DNA of 17,922 nucleotides from a virus: UHGV virus genome UHGV-0157346; one strand, 5' to 3'. Shown piece by piece: positions 17,099 to 17,922 of this stretch (position 1 is its first letter; each line of letters starts with the position of its first letter). The notes under the pieces were generated by a model. It saw only the letters and a program-made list of their open reading frames with translations, ran no database searches and was not told where the DNA came from. The position numbers and the translations under genes were made by a program.

Positions 17099-17806
17099 GT
17101 GAACACATTTTCAGTTTCCCGTCTGGCGCTGGCATTGGCTTTTGGCGTGACGCTGACCGCCTGTAGCTCAACCCCGCCCGATCAACGTCCTTCTGATCAA
17201 ACCGCGCCTGGTACCTCTTCTCGCCCGATTCTGTCGGCAAAAGAAGCGCAGAATTTCGATGCTCAACACTATTTTGCATCCCTGACACCAGGTGCTGCAG
17301 CGTGGAATCCTTCCCCGATTACCCTGCCTGCGCAACCTGAATTTGTTGTCGGCCCGGCGGGCACTCAAGGTGTAACGCATACCACGATTCAGGCGGCGGT
17401 AGATGCGGCAATTATCAAGCGTACCAACAAGCGCCAGTATATTGCCGTGATGCCTGGTGAGTATCAGGGAACGGTATATGTCCCTGCCGCTCCGGGTGGA
17501 ATTACTCTGTACGGTACAGGTGAAAAACCGATTGATGTGAAGATTGGGCTTTCCCTTGATGGTGGCATGAGCCCTACCGACTGGCGTCACGACGTCAACC
17601 CGCGCGGCAAATATATGCCAGGTAAACCAGCGTGGTATATGTACGATAGCTGCCAGAGCAAACGCAGCGACAGTATCGGTGTTCTCTGCTCTGCGGTCTT
17701 CTGGTCACAAAACAATGGCCTGCAACTGCAAAATCTGACCATCGAAAACACGCTGGGCGATAGCGTAGATGCAGGTAACCATCCGGCGGTGGCACTGCGT
17801 ACTGAT
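17099..17806 (+). CDS. ybhC: Host ybhC (pectinesterase-family lipoprotein), 5' fragment only, truncated artificially
   Basis: GTG start; MNTFSVSRLALALAFGVTLTACSS lipoprotein signal; matches E. coli YbhC up to ...AVALRTD, where non-genomic adapter sequence begins. Confidence 0.85.
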
Positions 17807-17864
17807 AGATCGGAAGAGCGTCGTGTAGGGAAAGAGTGTAGATCTCGGTGGTCGCCGTATCATT
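17807..17864. other. Illumina TruSeq universal adapter (reverse complement): sequencing or assembly contamination
   Basis: Exact 58-nt match to AGATCGGAAGAGCGTCGTGTAGGGAAAGAGTGTAGATCTCGGTGGTCGCCGTATCATT; the opposite strand translates to the known artefact peptide NDTATTEIYTLSLHDALPI. Confidence 0.97.
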
Positions 17865-17922
17865 AAAAAAATGAAAAAGTACTGAAAAAGCGGATGAGAG
17901 GTGCAAGAGAGACAACTAAAGG

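Noticed and set aside
17168-17590. 140-aa minus-strand ORF
   Set aside because: Antisense to the well-supported host ybhC coding sequence.
17807-17866. C-terminal 20 residues of the 255-aa ORF (RSEERRVGKECRSRWSPYH) as a genuine YbhC tail
   Set aside because: They are encoded by adapter sequence; genuine YbhC continues differently after ...AVALRTD.
17595-17915. 106-aa minus-strand ORF at the window end
   Set aside because: Its N-terminal part is the translation of the Illumina adapter (NDTATTEIYTLSLHDALPI) and the rest is antisense to ybhC.

Overview
The window is the regulatory/early half of a lambdoid prophage integrated at the E. coli lambda attachment site, followed by the attL junction and the 5' part of host ybhC; all calls are from reading the six-frame track and sequence against remembered protein families, with no database search. 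Map (prophage right to left): pR'/tR' leader, Q, nin region (ninH, rusA, ybcO-like, Rha-like, ninF, ninE, ninB), a DnaB-type helicase, an O-like initiator with internal iterons, cII, cro/cI of phage 434 type with OR1-3, OL, nutL, N, then cIII, kil, a P22-type erf, an SSB-like gene, xis, int and attL. The most unusual feature is a roughly 339-codon intein with a LAGLIDADG endonuclease domain splitting the Walker A motif of the helicase. Other candidates are an AT-rich two-gene cassette between N and cIII, a signal-peptide gene fused to the cI stop, and a 90-codon ORF between cII and O. The last ~115 bp are not biological: an exact Illumina TruSeq adapter at 17807-17864 artificially truncates ybhC.
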